Part shown: piece by piece, positions 11,723-20,956 of the stretch
Numbering within the stretch: the stretch's first letter is position 1
How the letters are laid out: each line of letters opens with the position of its first letter
Assembly: GCA_049325535.1 (NCBI GenBank)
Contig: JBMOKY010000001.1
Span: forward strand, 1,074,118 to 1,138,117
Length of the DNA stretch: 64,000 nt
Origin: Patescibacteria group bacterium
GTDB lineage: Bacteria; Patescibacteriota; Patescibacteriia; UBA10025; JAHIVO01
Direction of reading: 5' to 3'
The notes under the pieces: model-generated
Database searches by the model: none
What the model was told of the DNA's origin: nothing
Seen by the model: only the letters and a program-made list of their open reading frames with translations
Position numbers and translations under genes: made by a program

Positions 11723-12985
11723 ATGGCTGAATATATTGTCGATTTACATTTACACTCAAAATATTCACGTGCGGTGTCAAAAGACATGAATCTGGAAGCG
11801 ATGTCCCATTGGGCCGCGCGCAAAGGCATCACTGTACTCGCTTGCGCTGACTATACCCACCCGGCCTGGTATGCGGAGCTGAAGGAAAAACTGCAGCCCC
11901 AGGAAAACGGATTATTCCGGCTAAAAAACGCTCCGGAGCATACCTTTTTTATCCTCTCGACGGAACTGTCCTGTATCTATTCACAGGATGGTGCCACCCG
12001 ACGGATCCATATCGTGGTGGTATTCCCGACGCTGCTCGATGTGGCCACGTTTAATGCCAGTCTCAAACAAGAGGGTGCAAATCTACGCGCCGACGGCCGG
12101 CCGATTTTGGGGATGAGCGCGGAACGTATCGTGGAACTGGCCAAATCCGCCAGCCCGGAATCTATCATCATCCCCGCCCATATCTGGACACCGTGGTTTT
12201 CTATGTTCGGGTCCATGTCCGGTTTTGACAGCGTCGCCGAATGTTTCGGCAAGCAAACACAGTTCATCAAAGCGGTGGAAACAGGTCTATCCTCGGACCC
12301 GGCCATGAATTGGCGTCTATCACAACTCGATGGTATGCAAATCGTTTCGTTTTCAGATGCCCACTCAGCAAAAAAAATGGCACGGGAGGCAACCGTGTTG
12401 AATCTAGATAGATTGACCTATGCCAATCTGCGCCGTGCACTGGAATCGCCGGATGCGAAGAATTCCATCGCCTATACGATTGAATTCTACCCCGAGGAAG
12501 GCAAATACCATTTCGATGGGCATCGCGACTGTGATATTCGTCTGTCTCCGGCAGAAACGAAAAAACACCGGGGCGTCTGTCCTAAATGCAAAAAACCAGT
12601 CACTGTCGGAGTGATGAACCGTGTGGACGAACTTGCCGACCGACCAGAAGGATACCGGCCAAAAAATCGACCGCCATTCAAATCGATCGTGCCATTGCAG
12701 GAAATCATTGCTGATGCGTTTGGCGTCGGGGTCAATAGCAAACGCGTACAAACGGAATTTAATACGATTATTGACGCGATTGCCCCAGAATTCGAAGTGC
12801 TGCTCAATGCTGATCTGGAAAAAATTGCCTCGGCAGCTCAACCGATCGTCGTCGAGGGCATCAGGCGAGTCCGCCAAGGAACTTTGCATATTTTACCCGG
12901 CTATGACGGTGAATTCGGCACCGTCAGCGTATTTACCGATGAAGAGCGCGCCGCGGCAAGTACGAAACAAAAAACTCTATTCTAA
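11723..12985 (+). CDS. Endonuclease Q homolog (PHP domain plus Zn ribbon)
   Basis: DLHLHSKYSRAVSKDM matches the EndoQ/PHP N-terminus (DLHIHSHYSKAVSK in Pyrococcus EndoQ). IHIVVVFPTL, HIWTPWFSMF, SDAHS, CPKCKKPV and NRPPF are collinear with EndoQ motifs. The start is at MAEYIVD. Confidence 0.7.
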   Translation: MAEYIVDLHLHSKYSRAVSKDMNLEAMSHWAARKGITVLACADYTHPAWYAELKEKLQPQENGLFRLKNAPEHTFFILSTELSCIYSQDGATRRIHIVVVFPTLLDVATFNASLKQEGANLRADGRPILGMSAERIVELAKSASPESIIIPAHIWTPWFSMFGSMSGFDSVAECFGKQTQFIKAVETGLSSDPAMNWRLSQLDGMQIVSFSDAHSAKKMAREATVLNLDRLTYANLRRALESPDAKNSIAYTIEFYPEEGKYHFDGHRDCDIRLSPAETKKHRGVCPKCKKPVTVGVMNRVDELADRPEGYRPKNRPPFKSIVPLQEIIADAFGVGVNSKRVQTEFNTIIDAIAPEFEVLLNADLEKIASAAQPIVVEGIRRVRQGTLHILPGYDGEFGTVSVFTDEERAAASTKQKTLF

Positions 12986-12988
12986 ACC

Positions 12989-13531
12989 ATGGAACTTGTT
13001 ATTGCCCTGATCCTACTTATTGTTACCATATTTTTTGCCATACTGGCGATCTATATATTTATCATCCTCTTAAAAACGAAGGTTCCTTTTGTCCGGACGC
13101 CGCTCGCGGTCATCGACACGATTATCAATGCCGTCGGCATCACCAGCCGCGATACAGTATATGACCTCGGCTGCGGTAATGCCCGGGTGCTGATCGAGAT
13201 CGAACGAAAAACCGGCGCCCGGGTGGTCGGCTATGAACTGTCGCCCTGGGCGTATTTCTTGGCGCGATGGAATGTCCGCCTCCACCAATCAAAAACTCTG
13301 ATACGCTACGCGGATTTTTATAAAGCCGACCTGTCCCCGGCCACTGTCGTGTTCGCCTTCCTTATCGTGGCCGTCATGCCCAAAGTTGGGGCTCAATTAG
13401 AAAAGCAACTGAAGCCTGGCACTACGGTAGTCTGTTATGGATTTTCAATTCCCCAGTGGACCCCAACGAAAACCATCCCCACTAGACAAAACGACCCCAA
13501 AGCGAGTAAAATCTACATTTACAAACGATAA
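12989..13531 (+). CDS. Class I SAM-dependent methyltransferase with an N-terminal membrane anchor
   Basis: An N-terminal TM helix is followed by VYDLGCGNARVLIE (MTase motif I). The substrate is unknown. Confidence 0.6.
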   Translation: MELVIALILLIVTIFFAILAIYIFIILLKTKVPFVRTPLAVIDTIINAVGITSRDTVYDLGCGNARVLIEIERKTGARVVGYELSPWAYFLARWNVRLHQSKTLIRYADFYKADLSPATVVFAFLIVAVMPKVGAQLEKQLKPGTTVVCYGFSIPQWTPTKTIPTRQNDPKASKIYIYKR

Positions 13532-13691
13532 TTCGTGGGGGTGCGCCCGAGTCTCCGGGATCCATACTGGCCGGGATACATTCCGGCGCAGCCCTGCCCC
13601 GTACAGAGCGGAAGCGTGCGAGAGTCCCCGCGCCACGAGAGGGCGCGGGGCAAGAGTTAAGCGCAACATTATTAAATAATGCTCTCAGAAC

Positions 13692-13778
13692 GGAGGAGTG
13701 GCCGAGTGGTTGAAGGCGCAGCTCTCGAAAAGCTGTATACCCGCAAGGGTATCGTGAGTTCGAATCTCACCTCCTCCG
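13692..13778 (+). tRNA. tRNA-Ser (anticodon CGA)
   Basis: GGAGGAG acceptor stem, 3-bp D-stem, anticodon loop CTCGAAA (CGA), an 18-nt variable arm, GTTCGAAT T-loop and discriminator G. CCA is not encoded. Confidence 0.85.
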
Positions 13779-14012
13779 TTCTGAGAGACCCATAAGAATC
13801 TCAGAGACCCTGGACTCGAGTGTTACGAGTAGTTCAGGGCTCCCGTCTCCGCTCGGGGGAGTTCATCATGAGCCGAAATCAAATCCGACTTATGACGTCG
13901 CACAAGTATCATGATATCAGACGAATCGGGCCCCCTCCTCGATGAGAGACCGACGAGAACTTGAAGCCCCGATGATACGCATCCTGATAGTCGAGAAGTC
14001 CTATTTCCCATT

Positions 14013-14489
14013 ATGACAAACAATCGACGCGCGAACAATTACTGGACGCCAGCTGATCATTCAGTCGTCAGTGCGGCCCAATCATTCTCCGAGCTGCTCC
14101 CGACCGCCCTAACGATCATCAGGCGCATGCCTCAACCGGTAGCGATGGTGTCTGGCCCGATGTCCACGGGCGGTGCCGGGTCACTGGAAAAAAACGTGTC
14201 CCGTTTTGCCGCCGCCATCCATAATCTGAATGAGGCTGGGATCACCACCTTTGATCAGTTGCCATTCCAAAAAAGCATGATCCGTCTGCTTCAGCAACAC
14301 CACCATGCAACATCCTATTACATGCCGCTGCTGGAGGATTTCTACCTGCCCGTGTTCCAATCAGGCCTGATCGCTCGGGTGTATTTCCTTCCGGACTGGC
14401 ATACGTCATTCGGCGCTCGGTGGGAGCATGACCAATGCGAAAAACTGGGCATCCCGCAAATCCCGTTCCCGGACGCGCTACTCCCCTAA
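14013..14489 (+). CDS. DUF4406-like (nucleoside 2-deoxyribosyltransferase-like fold) hypothetical protein
   Basis: VSGPMSTGG and YFLPDWHTSFGARWEHDQCEKLGIPQI resemble the DUF4406 ...GPM/ITG... and ...LPGWEKSRGARIEHELAKALG... motifs. Confidence 0.5.
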   Translation: MTNNRRANNYWTPADHSVVSAAQSFSELLPTALTIIRRMPQPVAMVSGPMSTGGAGSLEKNVSRFAAAIHNLNEAGITTFDQLPFQKSMIRLLQQHHHATSYYMPLLEDFYLPVFQSGLIARVYFLPDWHTSFGARWEHDQCEKLGIPQIPFPDALLP

Positions 14490-14511
14490 TGGTGTGTTAT
14501 ACTTATAGTCT

Positions 14512-15405
14512 ATGAAGACGGAACTCATCATCGGCGTTATCGGTATCATACTGATCGGATTGATCGCCGGCAGCGCCTGGAATGATTATGATGCGCCAGA
14601 ACCGATCAACACCAGTAACGGCGCACTGACCAATGAACAAATAAATGCCCAGCTCCAAGCAGCAGCCGACGCCGGCAGCGCCACGCTCGATATGGAGCTC
14701 ATCTCCCAACATGCCAGCATTGATTCCTGTTGGCTACTTATTGATGGCAAAGTGTATGATGTGACGAGCTATCTCCGGCTTCATCCCGGCGGCCAGCCTA
14801 TTGTGCTTCCGTTCTGCGGTGCGGATGCTACCAGCGCATTTGGCACAAAAGCCGGACAAGGCAGCCACTCATCATTTGCCACAGAGCAGCTGGATACTTT
14901 TTATATTGGCGACTTCAACATGATACTCACCGTGCCAGCTGATGAACTGTCGGCAAACATAAACGCTCCTACCGCCGATCCGGAGACGATGCCCGTGCCC
15001 GCCGCAGTCAATCCGACTCCAGTGACACTCACCCTAAACGCCACTACCGTAGCGCAGCATAATACCGTTGATGACTGCTGGCTGATCATTTCAAACGCGG
15101 TATATGAGGTCACTGCGTACCTCTCCCGACACCCTGGTGGCCGGGCTATTATTGTTCCATACTGCGGAATGGATGCCACCAATGCATTTGGCACCCAAGC
15201 GGGCAAAGGCAGTCATTCATCGTTTGCGGTCAGCGAGCTCGCCTCACTCAAAATCGGTACGCTCGGCGGTACCACCACCGTTGACAGTATCCAGCAAGTA
15301 CAGCAAAATATTAATTCTTCCCCAGCACAACCGACGGGCGAAACCGATGACCAAAACGAAGAAGATGATGAGGAAGATGAAAAGGAGGAATCCGATGATG
15401 ACTAA
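14512..15405 (+). CDS. Membrane-anchored/secreted protein with two tandem cytochrome b5-like heme-binding domains and an acidic C-terminal tail
   Basis: An N-terminal TM helix is present. Two repeats each carry the b5 signature (CWLLIDGKVYDVTSYLRLHPGG...GADATSAFG...GSHSSFA and CWLIISNAVYEVTAYLSRHPGG...GMDATNAFG...GSHSSFA). The C-terminus is DDQNEEDDEEDEKEESDDD. Confidence 0.75.
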   Translation: MKTELIIGVIGIILIGLIAGSAWNDYDAPEPINTSNGALTNEQINAQLQAAADAGSATLDMELISQHASIDSCWLLIDGKVYDVTSYLRLHPGGQPIVLPFCGADATSAFGTKAGQGSHSSFATEQLDTFYIGDFNMILTVPADELSANINAPTADPETMPVPAAVNPTPVTLTLNATTVAQHNTVDDCWLIISNAVYEVTAYLSRHPGGRAIIVPYCGMDATNAFGTQAGKGSHSSFAVSELASLKIGTLGGTTTVDSIQQVQQNINSSPAQPTGETDDQNEEDDEEDEKEESDDD

Positions 15406-15697
15406 CACCTACCTCATCAGTAAAAAAATACACCGCCTGCTGGTACTGATCATTTTGACCATTGGATTACTCATGGCCGTCACCGGCCTCATGCTCAAAT
15501 ACCCGTCGTTCGCCATGGAGTATTTACCATTCTTGAACCTGGGAAAGATTCGCTATCTCCATAATTCGCTCAGCCTGTATTTTTCTATCGTCCTCGTGCT
15601 GATGATCATAACTGGTATCTGGATGTATATATACCCGAGCATCAAAAAATTCAGGTCCAAATCGTCCACGCCACCCGATGACCAGACTAACGGATAA
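15397..15697 (+). CDS. Small 2-TM membrane protein (hypothetical); start overlaps the b5 gene stop
   Basis: MMTNTYLISKKIHRLLVLIILTIGLLMAVTGL... The ATG at 15397 overlaps the upstream stop (15403-15405), suggesting translational coupling. Confidence 0.5.
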
Positions 15698-16244
15698 ACC
15701 CAGCCACCCGGCGAGCAGGGCAACTTTTGCCGCGGGGTGTTTTTGGTGTACCGAGGCTGTATACACCCGGCTGCGGGGTGTTTCCAGCGTGATCCCCGGC
15801 TATGCCAATGGCTCATCCGAATTCGCTACCTATGCGGATGTACAGGCCGGATCCGGGCACGCCGAAGCGGTGCAGATTACCTATGACCCAGCGGTAATCA
15901 GCTACGATCAGTTGCTGACTGTGTTTTTCGGCACTCACGACCCGACCACCCCTGACCGTCAGGGACACGATATCGGCCCCCAATACCGCTCGGCGATCTT
16001 TACCCATGACGAGGAGCAGCGTGAAGTGGCCGAACGCGTAAAAAAACAGCTGACGCATGACCAGATTTTCTCCGCGCCCATTATCACCTTGATTGAGCCG
16101 CTGAGAAATTTTACTCCCGCGGAACGATCCCACAAAAACTACTACGCGCTCAACCGGCAGGAACCCTATTGTCAGCTGGTCATCGATCCGAAAATTGCCA
16201 AACTCCGCAGTACCTACGCAGCACTACTCAAACCCGATATGTAA
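15678..16244 (+). CDS. msrA: Peptide methionine sulfoxide reductase MsrA
   Basis: The GCFWC active-site motif is present, and the protein is full length with collinearity to MsrA. Confidence 0.85.
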   Translation: MTRLTDKPSHPASRATFAAGCFWCTEAVYTRLRGVSSVIPGYANGSSEFATYADVQAGSGHAEAVQITYDPAVISYDQLLTVFFGTHDPTTPDRQGHDIGPQYRSAIFTHDEEQREVAERVKKQLTHDQIFSAPIITLIEPLRNFTPAERSHKNYYALNRQEPYCQLVIDPKIAKLRSTYAALLKPDM

Positions 16245-16336
16245 GCACTCCACTTCCTGAGTGCCCGTGCTATACTGAATTTGCCCGATACGGCCATCCG
16301 CGGCCGCCAGTAACAAATAACAAGATACTGACCACC

Positions 16337-17629
16337 ATGGACACAAAAAAATTCCTCTTTATCTCGGATACCGCGCTTATTTCCGATATAGCCTGGCAGG
16401 TCGTAAAAGAAGGGCACGAGGTCAAATACTACATCAGCGAAGAGGACGACCGGGACAGCGCTGACGGTTTCGTGCCAAAGGTGGCAAACTGGAAAGAACA
16501 TGTCGATTGGGCCGATGTCATCATATTTGATGATGTGATGGGGTACGGTGATGACGCCCAAAAACTGCGGAACCAGGGAAAGCGCGTCATCGGCGGCACA
16601 CCCTACACCGATCGCCTGGAGGACGACCGGACATTTGGCCAGGAAGAGCTGAAACGGCATGATGTCAATATCATCCCCTACCAGGAATTCACCGATTTTG
16701 GATTGGCCATCGAATACGTGAAAGAGCACCCCGATGAATACGTCGTTAAACCCTCGGGAGAAGCCCAAAATATCAAACGACTGCTGTTTGTCGGCATGGA
16801 AAAGGACGGCGCCGATGTCATCCGCATTTTGGAGGCCTACCGCCGGGTGTGGGCAAATAAAATCAAAGTATTCCAGCTGCAGCGGAGAATGAACGGGGTG
16901 GAAGTAGCGGTGGGCGCATTTTTCAACGGCCAACAATTCATTACTCCGATCAATATCAATTTCGAACATAAAAAATTGTTCCCCGGCAATATCGGCCCAG
17001 CCACCGGTGAAATGGGTACTAGCATGTTCTGGTCGGAGCCAAGCCGGCTATTTAACCAGACGCTAAAGAAAATGGAGCCGACCTTCGCCCGGGAACGGTA
17101 TGTCGGATACGTCGACCTGAATTGTATCGTTAATAGCAACGGCATCTACCCCCTCGAGTTCACCGCCCGCTTCGGCTACCCGACCATCAGCATCCAGCAG
17201 GAAAGTATGATCACGCCGATCGGAGAATTCCTCTATGCCCTCGCCGACGGACAGGATCCGAAGCTAAAAATCAAAAAAGGGTTCCATGTCGGCGTCCGGG
17301 TGGTCGTCCCTCCCTACCCCTACCGCGACAAGCGAACATTTGACGCCAATTCAAAAGGTGCGGTCGTCGTATTCAAAGGCAAAAATACCGATGGGGTGCA
17401 CATCGAAGATATCAAAATGGTGAACGGTGAATGGATCGTCACCGGCTCCACCGGTGTGGCATTGATCGTCGTCGGATCTGGGCCAACTATGCGCCAGGCC
17501 AAAGACCAGGCCTACAACCGCATCAAAAACATCCTCATCCCCAATATGTACTATCGCATGGATATCAGTGACCGCTGGAACGACGATTCGGATAAACTGC
17601 ACTCCTGGGGATATCTGCGGGAAATCTAG
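16337..17629 (+). CDS. ATP-grasp enzyme, PurD-like (phosphoribosylamine-glycine ligase family)
   Basis: EYVVKPSGEAQN and LEFTARFGYP resemble the PurD VVKADGLAAGKG and EFNCRFGDPE motifs. The start is at MDTKKFLFI. Assignment to PurD specifically is not certain. Confidence 0.6.
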   Translation: MDTKKFLFISDTALISDIAWQVVKEGHEVKYYISEEDDRDSADGFVPKVANWKEHVDWADVIIFDDVMGYGDDAQKLRNQGKRVIGGTPYTDRLEDDRTFGQEELKRHDVNIIPYQEFTDFGLAIEYVKEHPDEYVVKPSGEAQNIKRLLFVGMEKDGADVIRILEAYRRVWANKIKVFQLQRRMNGVEVAVGAFFNGQQFITPININFEHKKLFPGNIGPATGEMGTSMFWSEPSRLFNQTLKKMEPTFARERYVGYVDLNCIVNSNGIYPLEFTARFGYPTISIQQESMITPIGEFLYALADGQDPKLKIKKGFHVGVRVVVPPYPYRDKRTFDANSKGAVVVFKGKNTDGVHIEDIKMVNGEWIVTGSTGVALIVVGSGPTMRQAKDQAYNRIKNILIPNMYYRMDISDRWNDDSDKLHSWGYLREI

Positions 17630-18726
17630 TCTTTGAATTTAAACATCCTCCAGGCGATCAAAAACGACACGACCACCCAGGCGGCCATCAGACCCAGCTG
17701 GCTGCCGATGGCGCTCACGCTCTCGGCATCGATGGATACTTTTCGGAGTGCCTCAATCATCGGGGTCAACGGTAAATAGGCCACAATCCGCGCCACGATA
17801 CCGGGCAGGGCGTCAGTCGAAAAGAAAACTCCGGAAAAAAACATCATCGGCATCGTCACCACTTGCGACATGGCTTCAGCTGTTTTGGTATTTTTCGAGT
17901 ACCCCGCCACGGCAAATCCGAGATTGAGAAATATGATACTGCCAAAAATCGCCAAGCCATAGATAAGCAGGTAGCTCCCCTGCACCTGCACCTGGAAAGC
18001 GATGCGCGCCAGGAGAATAATCAGACTCACCTGAGCGATATTGACCACCAAATAGCTCGCCACCTCGGCCATCAGGAATGTACGCACCTTGAGCGGTGTC
18101 GCGGAGAGTCGTTTCAATAATTTCTGCTCCCGATACCGGGATATACCGGTGGAAATGCCGATGACCGCCGATGTCATGATGGCCATACCCAGGATGCCGG
18201 GCATAATCAGGTCGATATAACGGACGTTTTTCGCCTGGACACTCTCTGCGGTATAGGAAAAAATTTGCGGGGTCTGCGCGACTTGCATGTTCATTTTATC
18301 GACGAATGTGCTGACTATACTGACGCCCACCTGATTTGCCAGGATATTCGCCTCATCATAGTACACCTGCACCGGTTCCGGCAAAGCTGACGGTTGACCC
18401 GCTCCCGCTTCCATTGATTGAGTAAAACCGGGGGGAATCACCAGGACAAAATCGACATCCCCGTCTTTCAATGACTGACGCGCTTCATCGACGGTGCCGG
18501 CAAAATCCTGACGGTCCAATACGTCAATCTGCGAAAATCCTTCGAGGAATTGAGCAGATAAATCCGAATTCGCCTGATCAACCACTGCGTACTTGGCGCT
18601 GCCCATATTTTCAAAATCAAACAGGCCAAAAATGATGATAAACATCAGGGGGAACAGCAACGACCAAAAAATCGCTTGCTTGTCCCGCACGGTCATTTTT
18701 ATGTTTGCCCACAGAAGTTTCCACAT
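17626..18726 (-). CDS. ABC-2 type transporter permease
   Basis: Six-TM ABC-2 architecture; translationally adjacent to an ABC ATPase. Confidence 0.75.
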   Translation of the reverse strand: MWKLLWANIKMTVRDKQAIFWSLLFPLMFIIIFGLFDFENMGSAKYAVVDQANSDLSAQFLEGFSQIDVLDRQDFAGTVDEARQSLKDGDVDFVLVIPPGFTQSMEAGAGQPSALPEPVQVYYDEANILANQVGVSIVSTFVDKMNMQVAQTPQIFSYTAESVQAKNVRYIDLIMPGILGMAIMTSAVIGISTGISRYREQKLLKRLSATPLKVRTFLMAEVASYLVVNIAQVSLIILLARIAFQVQVQGSYLLIYGLAIFGSIIFLNLGFAVAGYSKNTKTAEAMSQVVTMPMMFFSGVFFSTDALPGIVARIVAYLPLTPMIEALRKVSIDAESVSAIGSQLGLMAAWVVVSFLIAWRMFKFKD

Positions 18727-18730
18727 ACCG

Positions 18731-19672
18731 TTACGAATGTTCTAATTTCTTTCCGGTTAATTCGAGAAATGCGTCCTCGAGGTCGGCTGATTTGAGCGTC
18801 AAATCGCCCATGAATACACGCTGTTGTTCAGCCCATTTATACAGGTTCGGTAGTACTTCGTTGCCCTTGGTCACCCGGACAGTGTACACATGATCGATTT
18901 TTTCCACGTCGATTACCCCGGGCACCGACCGGAGCGTCGCCAGGTCAAATTGTTCCTGTGCGCCAAATCGTATCTTTGACGACGAGTGTAATCGGGCGAT
19001 CAGCCGTTCCGGCGTATCCAGCGCGGCGATCACCCCGCCCTCCATGATTCCCACGCGATGGCAGAGATACTGCGCTTCCTCCATATAGTGCGTCGTCAAT
19101 ACGATGGTCTTTCCCTGTTTATTCACGCTCTCGATGAAATTCCACATGAGTCGCCGGGCATAGGGATCGAGCCCGGTGGTCGGCTCATCGAGAAAAACGA
19201 CCTCGGGGTCATTGACCAGCGCTGCGCATATGGAAAACCGCTGCTGCTGGCCGCCCGACAGCTGTTTGACGAGCGCTTTTTTCTTGTCCCGCAAATCGAC
19301 GATATCGAGCAGTGCGTCGGTGTCGACCTGCTGACCATAAAAACTTCCAAATAATTCCAGGATCTCCCCGAGCTGCAGATATTCATAATAGGCTGACGAC
19401 TGCAGCTGAATACCGATGATACGCTTGACCGCATCTTTCTGATGACGCGTATCCATACCTTTGATCATGGCCATTCCTGAGGTCGGCTCCTGCAGGCCCT
19501 CGATGATTTCCAGGGTAGTCGTTTTACCGGCACCATTGGGGCCAAGCAGCCCAAAAATTTCCCCCTCCGGCACGCTAAAGGAGAGGTGATTAACCGCGGT
19601 GAGATTGCCTTTTTTGTCCGGCGAAACAAATGTTTTGACGAGGTCACGGACCTCAATAATCGATGATGCCAT
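18731..19672 (-). CDS. ABC transporter ATP-binding protein
   Basis: Walker A GLLGPNGAGKTT, the signature LSGGQQQR and Walker B VVFLDEPTTGLD are present. The start is at MASSIIEV. Confidence 0.85.
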   Translation of the reverse strand: MASSIIEVRDLVKTFVSPDKKGNLTAVNHLSFSVPEGEIFGLLGPNGAGKTTTLEIIEGLQEPTSGMAMIKGMDTRHQKDAVKRIIGIQLQSSAYYEYLQLGEILELFGSFYGQQVDTDALLDIVDLRDKKKALVKQLSGGQQQRFSICAALVNDPEVVFLDEPTTGLDPYARRLMWNFIESVNKQGKTIVLTTHYMEEAQYLCHRVGIMEGGVIAALDTPERLIARLHSSSKIRFGAQEQFDLATLRSVPGVIDVEKIDHVYTVRVTKGNEVLPNLYKWAEQQRVFMGDLTLKSADLEDAFLELTGKKLEHS

Positions 19673-19755
19673 AACGTATAGTGACCTGCAGTATAGCATG
19701 CTCCAATATGCCCGTAAATGCAGAGGCATACTATTTCTGCTATACTGGGCATACT

Positions 19756-20253
19756 ATGCCCCTACTGCGCATCCCCTTTTTCCCTCAAAAAACCGATTAT
19801 ACCTGCGGCCCGGCGGCGATGCGGATGGTATTCGGATATTTCAAAAAAAGCGCTTCCGAAAAAAATCTAGCGCGACGGATGCGAACCAATCCGCGGCACG
19901 GCACCACCCATCAGGCCATGATCCGCGCCGCGCAGCAAGCCGGGTTCTATGTCTATGTCAATGAAATGGCAACGCTGGAAGAGCTTATATTCCTATTGTC
20001 CTGGCGCTGCCCGGTCATCGTCAACTATACTGAGCCGTCGGCAAATGAAGGACATTTCGCCGTCGTCACCGGCGTCACCAAAAAGAATGTCATCCTACAC
20101 GATCCCTGGAATGGAAAACGGTTTACCCTCAGCCGTCGCTCGTTTCTCGCCCGATGGCATGACCAATTGCCAAAAACCTACTCAAAAAACTGGCTGATGG
20201 CCATCAGCCGCAAAGATTTCCAGGTCGGCAAGCAATACCCACCAAAGAAATAA
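19756..20253 (+). CDS. Peptidase C39-like (papain-fold) domain protein, standalone
   Basis: QKTDYTCGPAAMRMV places the catalytic Cys in C39 context. There is a downstream His in a ...HFAVVTGV... region. No transporter is fused. Confidence 0.65.
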   Translation: MPLLRIPFFPQKTDYTCGPAAMRMVFGYFKKSASEKNLARRMRTNPRHGTTHQAMIRAAQQAGFYVYVNEMATLEELIFLLSWRCPVIVNYTEPSANEGHFAVVTGVTKKNVILHDPWNGKRFTLSRRSFLARWHDQLPKTYSKNWLMAISRKDFQVGKQYPPKK

Positions 20254-20260
20254 ACAACAA

Positions 20261-20602
20261 ATGTTTTTAAATGCACCTGTCAACCCCACACCCGTAAAGC
20301 GCCGCCTCTACCTCGCAGTCAGCGTATTGCTTGGGCTGCTGCTCTCGGTACTGCTGCATGTGGTAATCGAGCAACTCTTTCTCAGCTGGACAACGGATGC
20401 CGGCCACGCCGTCACCTGGTATGGCGGCTGTGCACTGCACCCTGCGCTGCAAATAGGATTGCTCGTGCTGGGCGCCCTCGGTGGCTACGGTCTCGGACGC
20501 ATGTGGTGGCGCATGGTATATATCGATCGCCGCTGGGCAAAAGGCATTATCAAAAAATATTCCCAATCCAATGAGCCAACCGCATCCACCCATCAACAAT
20601 AA
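20261..20602 (+). CDS. Small 2-TM membrane protein (hypothetical)
   Basis: Two hydrophobic helices are present. It lies between the C39 peptidase and msrB and overlaps the msrB start by about 30 nt. Confidence 0.4.
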   Translation: MFLNAPVNPTPVKRRLYLAVSVLLGLLLSVLLHVVIEQLFLSWTTDAGHAVTWYGGCALHPALQIGLLVLGALGGYGLGRMWWRMVYIDRRWAKGIIKKYSQSNEPTASTHQQ

Positions 20603-20954
20603 TCTCACGCCCGAGCAATACACCATTTGCTTCCTGAAGGGTACCGAACCGCCGGGGTCAGGCAAATGGTTACATAACGACGCATCTGGTATGTACATCT
20701 GCGTTAATTGCGGCCAAGAATTATTCAGTTCCGAAACAAAATTTGATTCCGGAACCGGTTGGCCATCATTCTGGGATCCAGTGCACCATGCCAATATCAA
20801 AACCGAAACTGATGATTCACTGGGAGTCCGACGCACCGAGGTGCTCTGTAGCACATGCGGCGCGCATCTCGGGCATGTGTTCCCCGACGGGCCGGCACCA
20901 ACCGGCCAACGGTACTGCATCAATTCGTTGGCACTCAATTTCACAAAAAAATAG
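20571..20954 (+). CDS. msrB: Peptide methionine sulfoxide reductase MsrB (SelR)
   Basis: [40 protein letters not shown] and [12 protein letters not shown] carry the two CxxC zinc motifs and the catalytic Cys region. Confidence 0.85.
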   Translation: MSQPHPPINNNLTPEQYTICFLKGTEPPGSGKWLHNDASGMYICVNCGQELFSSETKFDSGTGWPSFWDPVHHANIKTETDDSLGVRRTEVLCSTCGAHLGHVFPDGPAPTGQRYCINSLALNFTKK

Positions 20955-20956
20955 CA

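Noticed and set aside
13540-13680. The GC-rich element considered as SRP RNA, RNase P RNA or tmRNA.
   Set aside because: It is too short for RNase P or tmRNA and lacks the conserved SRP domain IV motif (GGAAG..AGCAGCC in the right context). It is retained only as an unexplained structured segment.
16214-16969. 251-aa ORF antisense to the ATP-grasp gene.
   Set aside because: Same reasoning: it is fully nested antisense to a motif-bearing gene and has no recognisable domain.
20267-20944. 225-aa ORF on the minus strand spanning the small membrane gene and msrB.
   Set aside because: It is antisense to msrB, which has intact CxxC motifs, and has no motifs of its own.
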